In this document: positions 63,794 through 64,000 of the stretch, piece by piece
How positions within the stretch are numbered: position 1 is the stretch's first letter
Layout of the letters: the number at the start of each line of letters is the position of its first letter
Assembly (NCBI GenBank): GCA_031429515.1
Contig: JANOZT010000013.1
Coordinates: forward strand, 121 to 64,120
Length of the DNA stretch: 64,000 bases
Source: Sphingobacteriia bacterium
GTDB lineage: Bacteria > Bacteroidota > Bacteroidia > Chitinophagales > Chitinophagaceae
Direction: 5' to 3'
Translations under genes and position numbers: made by a program
The notes under the pieces: model-generated
Told to the model about the DNA's origin: nothing
The model's database searches: none
The model's input: only the letters and a program-made list of their open reading frames with translations

Positions 63794-64000
63794 ATGAAAC
63801 TACACAACTTAAAACCTGCAGAAGGTTCAGTAAAAAAAGCAATCAGAATTGGTAGAGGTGAAGCATCTGGTAAAGGTGGTACATCTACAAAAGGTAACAA
63901 AGGTGGTCAGAGCCGTGCAGGTTACAAAAGCAAAATGGGTCATGAGGGTGGACAGATGCCTATTCAGCGTCGTATCCCTAAGCGTGGATTTAAAAATTTC
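63794..64000 (+). CDS. rplO: 50S ribosomal protein L15 (5' part, truncated by window end; not in ORF track)
   Basis: [12 protein letters not shown]...[13 protein letters not shown]...[18 protein letters not shown]. Confidence 0.97.
   Translation, partial: MKLHNLKPAEGSVKKAIRIGRGEASGKGGTSTKGNKGGQSRAGYKSKMGHEGGQMPIQRRIPKRGFKNF

Overview
AT-rich Bacteroidota chromosome segment, most consistent with Chitinophagaceae (Bacteroidota-type TAnnTTTG promoters, T9SS cargo proteins, GS type III, rpsL-rpsG...fusA-rpsJ order with no tuf). It opens with the 3' end of an rRNA operon (23S end, 5S). Housekeeping genes follow (rarA, aspS, efp, accBC, GSIII, purL, hldD, proC, pyrG, yidC, comA, aroE, rdgB, ilvE), and it ends with the str/S10/spc ribosomal protein cluster, truncated in rplO. 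The standout is an accessory locus at ~14.5-26.0 kb. Two T9SS cargo paralogues share a ~570-aa C-terminal module but have different N-termini. They flank a divergent operon encoding a secreted beta-propeller-like protein, an MbnH/MauG-type di-heme enzyme with no MbnP partner in view, a secreted copper-amine-oxidase-fold protein, and an orphan NarL/LuxR response regulator. The amine-oxidase-fold protein appears to keep the TPQ-site Asn-Tyr and catalytic Asp but to have lost all three Cu-binding His. A shared 7-2-7 palindrome lies upstream of both cargo genes. Also notable are a TetR cassette with two matching operators inserted between rpsG and fusA, a MITE-like 112-bp element, a structured RNA candidate before rplC, and two families of repeats in the spacers of the ribosomal protein operon. 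All family assignments are from recognised motifs only; no database searches were run.
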